This document shows, piece after piece, positions 18,933 to 29,310 of a stretch of 64,000 nucleotides of DNA; positions within the stretch are counted from its first letter, which is position 1, and each line of letters starts with the position of its first letter. Both the position numbers and the translations under genes were made by a program. This DNA comes from Planctomycetota bacterium (lineage in GTDB: Bacteria; Planctomycetota; UBA8108; SXIK01), in the NCBI GenBank assembly GCA_965223265.1, contig OZ244999.1, forward strand, positions 5,632,001-5,696,000, read 5' to 3'. The notes beneath the pieces were generated by a model. That model ran no database searches, was not told where the DNA came from, and saw nothing but the letters and a program-made list of their open reading frames with translations.

Positions 18933-19211
18933 CACACGCTCACGCAATCGCTCACGCAATCGCTGTTCTGTAGCGCTCAACCTCGGCGCAGGCCATGCTC
19001 TGGAAGCTGACGCGCTGACAGGAGCCTCGGCCCGCGGCACACTTCTTCGCGCGGCGGGTTCGGGGTGCAGAAGTCTGGTCCGCACACCTTACACCGGAGC
19101 ATCCTCCCGTGAAGCGAGTCCAATGCCCGAGCCGAACCACCCGACAGCGGCCCGTTTCGTGCTATACTGCTGCGTCACCTCCCTCCGCCTTTCCATCGAC
19201 AAGGAGCCCTC

Positions 19212-20192
19212 TTGCGCTCAACGCCACCGACGCACGAACTGGCGGGCGCGACCCTTGCGCAGCAGCTCGAGGCAGTTTGGCAGCTGGCCAAGCCGGCATG
19301 TTCCACTGCCGATGACCCGGACTCGGTGCGCAAGCTCCGCGTCGCAACGCGGCGTGCCCTCGTCAGTTGCCAGGCCTTCAGAGAGCTGTTGCCCGAGAGG
19401 CGCTTGAAGCGCATTCGCAAAGCGCTCAAACGATTGCGGCGCGCAGCCGGGGCGACGCGCGACCTCGACGTCCTCCTCGAGTTCATAGAAAAACGTGCCG
19501 CCAAGACAGACGACGCGCGTTTAGCCGATCTGTGCGCGGCGATCGCGGCGCGCCGCGAAGAGGCTCAACAGGCGCTAACGCAAGAGTACGAACGCCTCGT
19601 GCGCAAAGAGTTTTCGCGCCGGAGCGACCGACTCATCGATTCCATCGAATGGCGCGGCAACGGCGACGAACCAGATCTCGCCTCCATGGCACGCGCTCAC
19701 TTGGCTCCAGCAGCGGCAAGCTTTGTGACACAGGCGCGCGCCGACTTCACCTCCATCGACCAGCTCCACGAGCTGCGCCTACGAGGTAAGCGCCTGCGCT
19801 ACGCCGTCGAACTCTTCGGCGCCTCGCTGCACGAGGCGGCCGCTCAAAAGCTCGATCGACGCCTCAGGAAAACGCAGCGACGGTTAGGTCGGCTCAACGA
19901 TCACGCGACGTCAAGCGCCTTGCTGCGCAGCTGGACCGAAACCGACGATGCGGAAACGCTCGACTTGCTCGAAGCTCTCGCAGTGCGTGAGGAGAAACGG
20001 ACCGGGAAAGCCCAGCGCGACTTCCTCAGCTGGTGGAGCTCTGGACGCGTCGACAAGGTCGAGGCTCTTTGCGACACCCTGTTGAACGCTGTTGACGGCG
20101 CATCCGCGACGCGTGAACGGAGCGGTGGTGACGAGTCCCGGGACGAGGGGGCTGTCGACCCGCCGCGCGAACACGACCGCACGGCTGGCTGA
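19212..20192 (+). CDS. CHAD domain protein
   Basis: LRVATRR, RDLDV, LHELRLRGKRLRYAVE and LGRLND motifs. AAGGAG precedes the TTG start. Confidence 0.85.
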   Translation: MRSTPPTHELAGATLAQQLEAVWQLAKPACSTADDPDSVRKLRVATRRALVSCQAFRELLPERRLKRIRKALKRLRRAAGATRDLDVLLEFIEKRAAKTDDARLADLCAAIAARREEAQQALTQEYERLVRKEFSRRSDRLIDSIEWRGNGDEPDLASMARAHLAPAAASFVTQARADFTSIDQLHELRLRGKRLRYAVELFGASLHEAAAQKLDRRLRKTQRRLGRLNDHATSSALLRSWTETDDAETLDLLEALAVREEKRTGKAQRDFLSWWSSGRVDKVEALCDTLLNAVDGASATRERSGGDESRDEGAVDPPREHDRTAG

Positions 20193-20207
20193 ACGGTCGC
20201 GCGCTTG

Positions 20208-20440
20208 GCTGCGTGGGCGTGGGCGTGCCAGCCTTCCGCCTCCACCTCCGTCTCTCGGCAGTTCCCGTTTGCGTTTGCGTTTGCGAGTGCGTTTTGCGAG
20301 TGCGAGTGCGAGTGCGTGAGAGTTTGCGAGCGCGTGAGCGTGGGCGTTTGCGTGGGAGAATGCGTGGGCGTTTGCGAGCGCGTGGGCGTGCCAGCACTCT
20401 GTATCTGATCCCGCCTCTGTATCCCTATCCGTATCTGCCT
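20208..20440. repeat. Low-complexity hexamer tract (GCGTTT/GCGAGT/GCGTGG, TCTGTA)
   Basis: Directly visible between convergent genes. Confidence 0.8.
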
Positions 20441-20554
20441 TCCATGAGAAGACCAGAAAGTCAAGCGAGGCGACCGTGGTCGCCGCCCGAGCGCAGCGAG
20501 GTCAGTTGTAGGGTGGGCGGCCTGCCCGCGAGCGAAGCCGCTCGTTCCATGCTG

Positions 20555-21268
20555 TCAATCGTGACGGCGGCCAAGCAACCCGAGGCGATGAACCCAGTAG
20601 AGGAGCACCAGGAGAGATGAGATGAAGGCCGCAACGTACGTCAAGGCCGCAGCATTCAACACCTTACGAGCCCCTTGAAGTTCTTCATCCGTGGCATAGC
20701 GCCCCTCGGCGAGCGTCACGAGCGCCCGGCGACTTGCATCAAATTCGACCGGCAGCGTCACAAGCGTGAAGAGCGTCACCGTCCCAAAGAGCAATACGCC
20801 GATGATCGACACGATCCTACCCTGCGGAGTTGCAGCTCCGCCCAGTACAGCCGCCGCGATCAAAACAAAAATCGAGATGCCGCTGCCCAAGTTGGCCACT
20901 GGCACCCAGGCCGAACGGAACTTGAGGGGCGCGTAGCCTTGGGCGTGCTGAATCGCGTGCCCCACCTCATGTGCCGCGACGCCGAAGGCCGCCATGCTGG
21001 GGCTGCCGTAGACCGGCTCGCTGAGGCGCAGAGTCTTTGTCCGCGGATCGTAGTGATCGCTCAAGCTGCCGGCAATCGGTTCGACGGTGACGTCGTGAAT
21101 GTTGTTGTCGCGCAGAATATTCTTCGCGATCTGCGCGCCAGTCAAACCGGAGCGAGTTGCGATCTGGCTATACTTGGCAAAGGTGCCTTTCACCATGACA
21201 GAGGCCAGCAGGCTCAACCCGCCGCCAACGGCGATGACTACGAGGTAAAGGGGATCGAAAATCAGCAT
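20555..21268 (-). CDS. Neutral zinc metallopeptidase (YugP-like, membrane)
   Basis: DHYDP, AAHEVGHAIQH, TLPVEFDASRRA and AAALTYV motifs. Confidence 0.9.
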   Translation of the reverse strand: MLIFDPLYLVVIAVGGGLSLLASVMVKGTFAKYSQIATRSGLTGAQIAKNILRDNNIHDVTVEPIAGSLSDHYDPRTKTLRLSEPVYGSPSMAAFGVAAHEVGHAIQHAQGYAPLKFRSAWVPVANLGSGISIFVLIAAAVLGGAATPQGRIVSIIGVLLFGTVTLFTLVTLPVEFDASRRALVTLAEGRYATDEELQGARKVLNAAALTYVAAFISSLLVLLYWVHRLGLLGRRHD

Positions 21269-21569
21269 TTTCCGTTTGGCTCAAGAGGTCTTCGGACCGG
21301 GGTACACTTTGAATCGCTTCTCCAGCGCGCGACTCACAAGTCATTGACGCTGAATCGAACGATTCTCCTAGCGTTATTCTGGGAATACTCCGGCGAATCG
21401 CAAGCGTTTTAGGGCTACTCGGAGTGAGCGTTCCGACGCGCGACGACCCCCTCCGACAGAGGAAGCAGCGCCGCTATGGTCAAGCGGACGGGACGCCCGC
21501 AGCGGCGTAGCGTGTCGCCTGCGCAGCCACTCAGCAATCTGGAGTAGGTGACGAAACGTAACCAGCGCC

Positions 21570-24206
21570 CTACGACCGCGATTCCTCCAGCCGTTTGATG
21601 CGCTTCTCGAGTTCTGCGCTGCGGCGGCGCAGCGCCTCCAACTCCTTCGCGTCTCCATCGCCATCAGCCTTGCGGATGCGGGTGATGGCAACATCGATCG
21701 CAGCGATCGGGTCCCGGAAAAGGTTCCCGGTCTCACGCTTCTTAAGTTGTTGGAGCTCTTCGATCGCACGTTCGTCGCCGAATCCTGCCAACGCCTCGAC
21801 TGCCGCGGCGCGCACGCGTGCCACTTCGTCGGACAGCGCCGCCACCAGCGACTCGTACGCCGCCTCGGTTCCATGCCCTAGGGTTGCAACTCCACTCAAG
21901 GCGGCGACCCGCGCGGGCACGGACGACCCAGTTTTGGCGAGCTGCGCCAAGGTTTCAACGCGCTGCTCTCGCACCTCGTCGCTTTCCGCGTCTCGCTCGG
22001 CGGCGAGCACGCCGATCGCTGCGACGCGGATGACGTCGCGATGGCTACTGCGCGACAGCGCGGCTTCGGCGTCAGCTTGCGCACCTGCCTTCAGGAGCTT
22101 CCCGAGTGCACTCACGGCGTCAGCGACGACGTAGTAAGACGCGTCGTCGTCGACAACGCGGCGAAGAAACGCCGCCACGTCGTCGCGCGAGCCATCGTCC
22201 TCGTCGCTCCCTATCGCGGCGTCGTCATCCTCGCCTAGCACAGCTCCAAGAGCCGTCACACTCGCGCGCCGCACCGCAGCCTTCTCCTCGCTGTCGAAAC
22301 GGGTCATGAGGGCGTGTGCGATGCTGTCACGGCTCACCTCAGCCTCCGCTAAGGCGCGAACAATGGCGCGGCGGACTCCCCAAAAGGCCTCACCTTGAAG
22401 AGCGCGCAGAAGCGCCGCCACGGCCTTCGTGTCGCGCTTGAAAGAAGCGAGTTCGCGCGCTGCTTCGAGTCGACCGAGCATGTCGTCGCAATGCTCGAGT
22501 TGGTAGACCAGCTCCTCCAGGCTCCTCTCGAAGTCGACCTCCTTGAGAATGTAGTCATCCGGGTCGAAACGCACCATCCTCGGTCGTTCAGCGACTGGAA
22601 ACGTGAAAGTCTCTTTGGCCTTGGCGACACGGACGCGGCGATCCACCGTGCCACTCGGCGTGACAATCCGCAGCACGACCGGCATATCGAAAAGCGGCGT
22701 CAGGTCGTCAACCTTTTGCACCTGCTCCACCCTCACTTGCAGCGTCCCTTCGTCTCGATCCCAGCTCTTGCGGATGCGGTAGTGCGGGTGCCCGCCTCCG
22801 TGCATCCATTGGTCAAAGAACCATCGCAGGCTCTGACCCGTCGCCTCCTCGAGAGCGATGCGTACATCGGCGGTCTCGACGCTGCGGAACTCATTGCGCT
22901 TCAGGAAATGGCTCAAGCCTCGATAGAACTCGTCCTCGCCCAGAACATAGCGCAGCATATGAAGAATCCGCGCCCCTTTGGGGTAAGCGTGGCGGTCGAA
23001 GAGATCCGATGGGCTTCGGTAGCGCCGCGACACAAGGCGACGTCGATACTCGCCGCGATCTTCGCGCAGGTAGCGCTCAGCCTGATCGAGGCGATCGTGA
23101 AGGCCTTCGTCCCGGCCGAGATGGTGCTCACGCCAAACATTGGCGAAGAAAGTCGCGAAACTCTCGTTGATCCAGATTTGGCTCCAATCCTTACAGGTGA
23201 CCAGGTTGCCGAACCATTGATGGATCAACTCATGCGCTACGAGATCCATGCTGGTGACGTCGAGCGCAGCGCGTTCGTCGTGCAGCGTTCGCTCGGTCAG
23301 CGTTGTCACCGTCGTGTTCTCCATGCCGCCGAAGGGAAACTCGTGCACACACACCTGGTCGTATCGTGCCCATGGATAGGGGTACTGCAGTTTCTGCTCG
23401 AAGAAATCGAGCATCTGGCGGGTGAGTCCAAAGCTGCGCTCGGCGTGCGCCGCGTAGTGCGGAGCAACATAGCCTCCGATCTCGATTCCGTCGCCAGAAT
23501 CACGCCAATGGGCGAACTTGCCGACGACGACGCTGATCAGATAAGTCGTGTGTGGGCGATCCTGCAGCCAGTGAAAAAGTCGCATCCCGTCGCGCACGGA
23601 CGCCGACTTCACGAGTCGACCATTGGAGATCACCTGAAGATCCTCGTCTGCCGGTACTGAAACCAGCATCTCGGTGGTCAGTTTGTCACTCGGATGGTCA
23701 AAACACGGAATCCAGTGCCGTGCCTCTTCGGCCTCACCTTGCGTCCAAATCTGCTTCGGACGATCGGGATACATCGCGCTCGGTGAAAAGAAGTGAAGTC
23801 CACGGCGTGGCTGAGCTTTGTAGACGATCTTGAGCGAGATCTCTTCGCCCGCGCGCAGCTCGCGGTCAAGCTCCACCTCAATCGATTCGGCAAGCGTCTC
23901 GACACGCAGCCGTTTCGAATCGTCGAGGAAAACCGAGCCTACATCGATGCCAATGCCGTCGAATCGAACGCGACGGACACCGCCTCTGAGGCATCGCAAA
24001 CGATGCACAACGACGCCGTCGACGCTTCTTTCCTGCCAGTTGAACTCACACTCGAGCCGCAAGTGGAGAGCATCGAAGTCGCGCGATGGCGGTTCCTTTC
24101 GGGGACCTTCAAACTTGGCGGATCTCTTGACCTCCGCCTCGCTGGCGTCCACCGCAGCAACTGCCGTCAGCAGGATGAAAAGAAACTGAATCGTGCGTCG
24201 TGCCAT
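21570..24206 (-). CDS. M1 family aminopeptidase with C-terminal HEAT repeats
   Basis: GGMEN, HELIHQWFG...W.NESFA and YPKG motifs, plus a signal peptide. ATG at 24206. Confidence 0.9.
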   Translation of the reverse strand: MARRTIQFLFILLTAVAAVDASEAEVKRSAKFEGPRKEPPSRDFDALHLRLECEFNWQERSVDGVVVHRLRCLRGGVRRVRFDGIGIDVGSVFLDDSKRLRVETLAESIEVELDRELRAGEEISLKIVYKAQPRRGLHFFSPSAMYPDRPKQIWTQGEAEEARHWIPCFDHPSDKLTTEMLVSVPADEDLQVISNGRLVKSASVRDGMRLFHWLQDRPHTTYLISVVVGKFAHWRDSGDGIEIGGYVAPHYAAHAERSFGLTRQMLDFFEQKLQYPYPWARYDQVCVHEFPFGGMENTTVTTLTERTLHDERAALDVTSMDLVAHELIHQWFGNLVTCKDWSQIWINESFATFFANVWREHHLGRDEGLHDRLDQAERYLREDRGEYRRRLVSRRYRSPSDLFDRHAYPKGARILHMLRYVLGEDEFYRGLSHFLKRNEFRSVETADVRIALEEATGQSLRWFFDQWMHGGGHPHYRIRKSWDRDEGTLQVRVEQVQKVDDLTPLFDMPVVLRIVTPSGTVDRRVRVAKAKETFTFPVAERPRMVRFDPDDYILKEVDFERSLEELVYQLEHCDDMLGRLEAARELASFKRDTKAVAALLRALQGEAFWGVRRAIVRALAEAEVSRDSIAHALMTRFDSEEKAAVRRASVTALGAVLGEDDDAAIGSDEDDGSRDDVAAFLRRVVDDDASYYVVADAVSALGKLLKAGAQADAEAALSRSSHRDVIRVAAIGVLAAERDAESDEVREQRVETLAQLAKTGSSVPARVAALSGVATLGHGTEAAYESLVAALSDEVARVRAAAVEALAGFGDERAIEELQQLKKRETGNLFRDPIAAIDVAITRIRKADGDGDAKELEALRRRSAELEKRIKRLEESRS

Positions 24207-24334
24207 AGCGTTCCTTTTGAACTCTCTCACGGACTTGTCGCACCCTTCAGGGTGCACTCCCCCTCTCGGCTCTTCTGCCGCCGATCCACGTGCTCAACTT
24301 AGTTCGCTCGGCACGTTCGTCCTCACACCGTACT

Positions 24335-25828
24335 CTACCGAGGATTCTCCGAGAATCCCTCCTTCGGCAACGACGCAGTCAGCCGTTCGCGCACGTCGTT
24401 CAGAAGCCATTCTGCCTCTCGCTTGCTGCGTATTGAACCACCGGCCCGCGTGCGCCGCCGACCACCCCAGTGAACGACGAGGTCATAGTACAGCTCGCGC
24501 CCGCTTTGCATGCCGACATCGAGTGTTAAGTCGTCAATCTCATCGGCGCGAATGTGGCGAACAGTTCCCAAACCAAGCAGTCGATACTTGATCCTTACGC
24601 CGCTTTCGTCGCACTGCAGGCGTGATGTGCCGAGCCACAGATCAGCGGCGACGAAACTTAACAGCAGACCGAAGAGTCCAAAAACGATCGGGAAGAGAAT
24701 CGGTGCCTCAAGGTAAACCTGCAGAGCGACGGCACCCCACCAAAGGCACGTGAAGAACGTGAGCCCGGTGGCGGCTCCGGGGTTGCGACCCGGCGGGAAA
24801 AAATACTCACGGCAGCCCGGGCGAAGCGAGTCGATCACGACCGTCATGCCAACGGGCGCGCCGTCGATCGCTCCGCCATGGTGCACGTCAAAGGCGAGCT
24901 CATACGGCTTCGCCCATTCTCCGAGCGCGTGCTGCGGCACGCCAAGATCGGAACGTCGAAGCACGTCAGCTTCCGCGGCAGCGAAGACCGGGACTTCGAA
25001 AGAGGTGGCGTAATCGAGGCCGAAGACGCGAGCAGACACCTCGAGTAGCCATACGATGCGGTCATCGGGATCGCCGAGCGACGTCGGCTTGGCATCATCT
25101 TGCAGGGCAAACGAAACAGGAACGCACACGCCGTCGAATTGATGTGCGCTCCGAAGCGGCTCGACCATCTTCTCCTCCTGCCACAAGACTCGCTCGCGGA
25201 CGTGTCCACGATCGGAGCTCCCCCGACAACGAGTCCGCCGCAGGCAGCTCAACCGCAGCACGAACCCGCCACTCGGCTCGATCGACCGACGAATGTGTAC
25301 GAGTCCCTCAAGCCAACTGCCCGGCTGACTCGGCGTCTCAAGCAAGTGAAGTACTGAGTCTCCGAACCGTCGCAGCTGCAGCGTCAACCGTACCGCCCAG
25401 ATCAAAAGTCCGCAGCCGACGAGAGGAAAAATCAGTCCAAGCAAGGCGAGATAGTTCTCTCTGTCAATCACCTCGCGAGGCACCAAGAAAAGCAAGGGCG
25501 ACGAGACAAGGTTCCAGAAGGCTGCGAAAAACCAAGCCAAGCGCCTCTGTGCTCGCAGAGTCGAGTGGACAAACCCTCGCTGCCAGTCGGCGCGTGAATT
25601 CCACGGCACAGTCGTCGACGCGGCATCGATCGACTCCAGCCGTGATCTTCTCCGCAGTCGAAAACTCGGCAGAATAGGTGTCACCGGCGTACGGACCTCG
25701 CGCAATAGAGAGTACCAGGCGAATCGGCGCCGGATTACGGGAACCGAGAACGGGCCGCCATCCATTGCCCCACATCGGTTCTCTATCGACCATTCAAGCA
25801 GCGCCGCTGAACAAGACCTCGACGGCAA
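24335..25828 (-). CDS. Hypothetical membrane protein (true start probably downstream of the ORF start)
   Basis: Two TM hairpins (WFFAAFWNLVS; FTCLWWG...LFGLLL) flanking a beta-rich domain. Confidence 0.6.
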   Translation of the reverse strand: MPSRSCSAALLEWSIENRCGAMDGGPFSVPVIRRRFAWYSLLREVRTPVTPILPSFRLRRRSRLESIDAASTTVPWNSRADWQRGFVHSTLRAQRRLAWFFAAFWNLVSSPLLFLVPREVIDRENYLALLGLIFPLVGCGLLIWAVRLTLQLRRFGDSVLHLLETPSQPGSWLEGLVHIRRSIEPSGGFVLRLSCLRRTRCRGSSDRGHVRERVLWQEEKMVEPLRSAHQFDGVCVPVSFALQDDAKPTSLGDPDDRIVWLLEVSARVFGLDYATSFEVPVFAAAEADVLRRSDLGVPQHALGEWAKPYELAFDVHHGGAIDGAPVGMTVVIDSLRPGCREYFFPPGRNPGAATGLTFFTCLWWGAVALQVYLEAPILFPIVFGLFGLLLSFVAADLWLGTSRLQCDESGVRIKYRLLGLGTVRHIRADEIDDLTLDVGMQSGRELYYDLVVHWGGRRRTRAGGSIRSKREAEWLLNDVRERLTASLPKEGFSENPR

Positions 25829-25873
25829 CCGAGGACCCGACAGATCCGCATCGTCGCCGCCATGAACTGCTTG

Positions 25874-26587
25874 TCATTCAATGGTGTCGATCAGCCGCGG
25901 TTTGAACGCGAGGGAATCGCAGCTGGCAAGAACGTACTCAACACCGCGCTGCTCACCCTGAAAGACCCGGTCCCACTCGTTCGGCGTGTGCAAATGGCCG
26001 AAGATGCAGTGACTGCAACCAGCTTCCTCGACGATGCGCGTGAACAGGCTTTCAGAGCGACCCATCGGAAACGGTGGATAGTGAAACATCGCAAGGGGAG
26101 GTCGATCACCGTCGTAAATCTCGCGCAAGTGCTCGATGGAGAGTAGCAGCTCGTGCCGTTCTCGCACCAATCGCGTCTCAGTCGACTCAAGCGGCTCAGT
26201 GTCGCGACTACAAAAATCGGCGCCGCGCACACCGATGATGGGGACATCGTCGACAACGACGGCTCGCTTCTTAATGGCGTAGACACCCTCCGGCAGGATC
26301 GTCCGCAGTTTCCCGTGCGAACGCGGCCACCAGTAGTCGTGGTTGCCTTTGATGAGAACCTTGCGGCCCGGCAAAGTCGCGAGCCATTCGAAATCCTTGA
26401 CCACCTCGTTGAGTCGCATCGCCCAAGAAAAGTCACCGGGCAAGAGCACGATGTCGTTCTCATCGACTCGCGAGCGCCACGAGTCTTCGACTTTCAAGTG
26501 GTGATCTTTCCAGTGCTCGCCAAACACATCCATCCACTTGCCGGTCGAAAACCCGAGATGAAGATCGGCAATCGCCCAGACTCTCAT
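25874..26587 (-). CDS. Metallophosphoesterase
   Basis: DLH, GD, GNHD and GHLH calcineurin-like motifs. ATG at 26587. Confidence 0.9.
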   Translation of the reverse strand: MRVWAIADLHLGFSTGKWMDVFGEHWKDHHLKVEDSWRSRVDENDIVLLPGDFSWAMRLNEVVKDFEWLATLPGRKVLIKGNHDYWWPRSHGKLRTILPEGVYAIKKRAVVVDDVPIIGVRGADFCSRDTEPLESTETRLVRERHELLLSIEHLREIYDGDRPPLAMFHYPPFPMGRSESLFTRIVEEAGCSHCIFGHLHTPNEWDRVFQGEQRGVEYVLASCDSLAFKPRLIDTIE

Positions 26588-26778
26588 TCCGCCTCTCCGT
26601 CCCTGTCTCCACTGCTCGACGAAGCTGCGCGCCGCATGGTGTGACAACCTGACGACGCGAGACAGTGTTCGGCAGCGACCCTTCCCAACTGGAGCCCATA
26701 CTCTATACCATCCGTTGACGACGACTGGTAGACTTCTCTTCGATCGTGAATCACCTGCAAGAGGAGTAGAAGAGCCGC

Positions 26779-27594
26779 ATGCCAAACTCGCCCTCGAAGT
26801 TCGTTGAAAGCGTGAGAAGTGGGCCACTTCTTCTTGGCGTGATTCACTTACCGCCGCTGCCAGGAAGCCCGCGCTACGATGGCGCAGGCCTCAACGCGAT
26901 CGTCGAACGCGCGTGCTCGGATGCGTCAGTTCTCGCCGCATCTGACTTCGACGGTTATGTCGTGGAGAATTTCGGCGATGCACCGTTCTTCCCAGAGCGA
27001 GTTCCACGCCACGTGCTGACGGTGATGACGCGAGTCATCACCTCGCTACCGCGCGATGGAGTGCTCGTCGGTGTCAACGTTCTCCGCAACGACGCCGCCG
27101 GAGCACTCGCGATCGCGGCGGCCTGCGACCTCGACTTTGCGCGCGTCAACGTCCACATCGGCGCAGCCGTCACCGATCAAGGAGTGATCCAGGGACGCGC
27201 TGCAGAGACGATCCGGCTGCGGGAGCAGATCGCGCCGGGAGTCGCGATCCTCGCCGACGTCGACGTCAAACACGCGACGCCGCTCGGATCGCGTTACGAC
27301 ATTGCAGCTGCAGCTAAAGAAACGGTTGCTCGTGGACTTGCAGACGCAGTCGTCGTCACCGGCAAAGCGACTGGCAGCCAAACGTCACTCGGCGATCTGG
27401 AGATCGTCGCTAGCAGCGTGCCGGACACGCCCGTCCTCGCAGGCAGCGGCGTCACGCTTGACACTCTCCCCCAAGTGCTGACGAGTGCCGACGGCGTAAT
27501 CGTTGGCACCGCACTGAAGCATGACTGCGCTGTAGAAGCTGCCATTGACCCTGACCGCGCGCGCGAGTTCGCTCAGATCGCGCACGAGCTCTAA
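26779..27594 (+). CDS. BtpA/SgcQ family protein
   Basis: GVIHLPPLPGSP, ENFGDAPF, GVNVLRND and DVDVKH motifs. Confidence 0.9.
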   Translation: MPNSPSKFVESVRSGPLLLGVIHLPPLPGSPRYDGAGLNAIVERACSDASVLAASDFDGYVVENFGDAPFFPERVPRHVLTVMTRVITSLPRDGVLVGVNVLRNDAAGALAIAAACDLDFARVNVHIGAAVTDQGVIQGRAAETIRLREQIAPGVAILADVDVKHATPLGSRYDIAAAAKETVARGLADAVVVTGKATGSQTSLGDLEIVASSVPDTPVLAGSGVTLDTLPQVLTSADGVIVGTALKHDCAVEAAIDPDRAREFAQIAHEL

Positions 27595-27621
27595 CCGATG
27601 TCATGCGCCTGAGGCTGTTCA

Positions 27622-28989
27622 ATGGCATCTACCTCGCCACAACACCTCCGTAGCCACGCGACGGCGATCTTCGCAGCCGCGGTAAGCGCCGCCGATCCGG
27701 AGAACGGAGTGAGTGGTGCAATCGCGAAGATGCGGACGCAGAGTGGCTCGCTACTGATCGCTGGAAGCGAAATCAAAACCCCGGGTGCCTTACGCCTCGT
27801 CGCCGTGGGCAAAGCAGCATGCACAATGGCGGCAGCAGCGAAGAGGACGCTCGACGCAGAGCCGAACTCACGCGATCTCCCGCTCACGCCGGGAATCGCC
27901 ATCGTCAACCCAGAAAACGCCCGCGACGTTGAATCATTCGACGTTCTCACCGCGGGGCACCCCCTTCCCGATCCAGCCGGCGTCGCTGCGGCATGCCAGC
28001 TGGAGCGTTACCTCGCGAACCTCTCAACAGAAGACGCGGTGATTCTCCTGCTCTCCGGCGGCGGCTCCGCGCTCCTGCCGGCGCCGTCCTCAGGAGTGAC
28101 GCTCGACGACAAGAGACGCGTCACCGAAGCGCTCCTTGTCGGCGGCGCTGACATTCATGCCCTCAACGTAGTGCGCAAGCACCTCTCCCGCCTAAAGGGA
28201 GGTGGCCTGGCACGCTGCGTGTTTCCAGCTCCACTCGAAGTCATCATCGTCTCGGATGTTTTCGACGACGATCTCAGCACGATCGCGAGCGGTCCAGCGG
28301 TGGCCGACCCGACGACCTTCGCTGACGCCGTCGAAATCTTGCAGCGATTCGGTGCTTGGCAGCAGGCACCCACAGCGGTCCGTACCCGCTTCGAGGCGGG
28401 CCTGCGAGGCGAGGTCGCTGAAACACCCAAAGAAGGCGATAGGATCTTTACACATGTACGCCATCGCATCGTTGCGAGCAACCGGCTCAGCGTCGAAGCA
28501 GCGCGGCAGGCGGCGACTGCGGCGGGATACGAAACCGAGGTGATGGAAGCACCACTGACCGGCGAAGCGCGGCGAGTAGCCAAGCTCTTCGTCACCAAAC
28601 TGCATGCTGACGCTCAAGGTCACTCATCACGAAAGCGAGCCTTCATCGCGGGAGGAGAAACCACGGTAACGGTGCGCGGGAGCGGGCGCGGTGGACGCAA
28701 TCAGGAGCTGGCTTTAGCGGTCGCGGTCGGAACCGCAGGCAAGATAGCGCCTTCAGCGTGGACATTCTTGAGCTCTGGAACCGACGGCAAAGACGGCCCA
28801 ACAGACGCCGCTGGAGGGATCGTCGACGGGGGCACAACCGCGCGCGGCGAAGCCGCGGGATTGAACGCGGAGGCGTCTTTGGCTGAGAATGACTCGCACA
28901 CGTTTCTCGATGCCTGTGGCGACCTCGTCCGAACTGGTGCGACTGGCACCAACGTCGCGGACATTCAAGTCCTACTCACCGAGACGTGA
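27622..28989 (+). CDS. MOFRL-family glycerate kinase
   Basis: GKAA, GHPLPD, SGGGSAL, GGRNQE, TDGKDG and TGTNVAD motifs. Confidence 0.9.
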   Translation: MASTSPQHLRSHATAIFAAAVSAADPENGVSGAIAKMRTQSGSLLIAGSEIKTPGALRLVAVGKAACTMAAAAKRTLDAEPNSRDLPLTPGIAIVNPENARDVESFDVLTAGHPLPDPAGVAAACQLERYLANLSTEDAVILLLSGGGSALLPAPSSGVTLDDKRRVTEALLVGGADIHALNVVRKHLSRLKGGGLARCVFPAPLEVIIVSDVFDDDLSTIASGPAVADPTTFADAVEILQRFGAWQQAPTAVRTRFEAGLRGEVAETPKEGDRIFTHVRHRIVASNRLSVEAARQAATAAGYETEVMEAPLTGEARRVAKLFVTKLHADAQGHSSRKRAFIAGGETTVTVRGSGRGGRNQELALAVAVGTAGKIAPSAWTFLSSGTDGKDGPTDAAGGIVDGGTTARGEAAGLNAEASLAENDSHTFLDACGDLVRTGATGTNVADIQVLLTET

Positions 28990-29012
28990 AACAAGGAGCC
29001 AGCTGAAAAACA

Positions 29013-29272
29013 TCCGTCTCCGTCGCTCTCTGACTCTGTCATCCGAATCCGCCTCTGTCATCCGAATCTGACTCTGTCGTCCGAATCCGTCTCTGCCATC
29101 CGAATCTGACTCTGTCTCTGACATCTGTCTCTGTCATCCGAATCTGACTCCGCCTCTGACATCTGTCTCGGTCATCCGAATCTGACTCCGTCTCTGACAT
29201 CTGTCTCTGTCATCCGAATCCGAATCTGATTCTGTCTCTGTCTCTGTCTCTGTCATCCGAATCCGCCTCTGC
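29013..29272. repeat. Low-complexity hexamer tract (TCTGAC/TCTGTC/TCCGAA)
   Basis: Directly visible, with a higher-order 'TCATCCGAATCTGACTC' repeat. Confidence 0.85.
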
Positions 29273-29310
29273 CTTTTGTCCCCGCACCTGTCCCATCAAA
29301 GGAGACCGGA

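Noticed and set aside
18097-19407. His-rich (HAHAHA/THTHTH/CVCV) ORFs
   Set aside because: Artefacts of stop-free hexamer repeats; open in several frames at once.
22395-23660. 421-aa plus-strand ORF and similar long antisense ORFs
   Set aside because: Shadows of well-supported genes in high-GC DNA.
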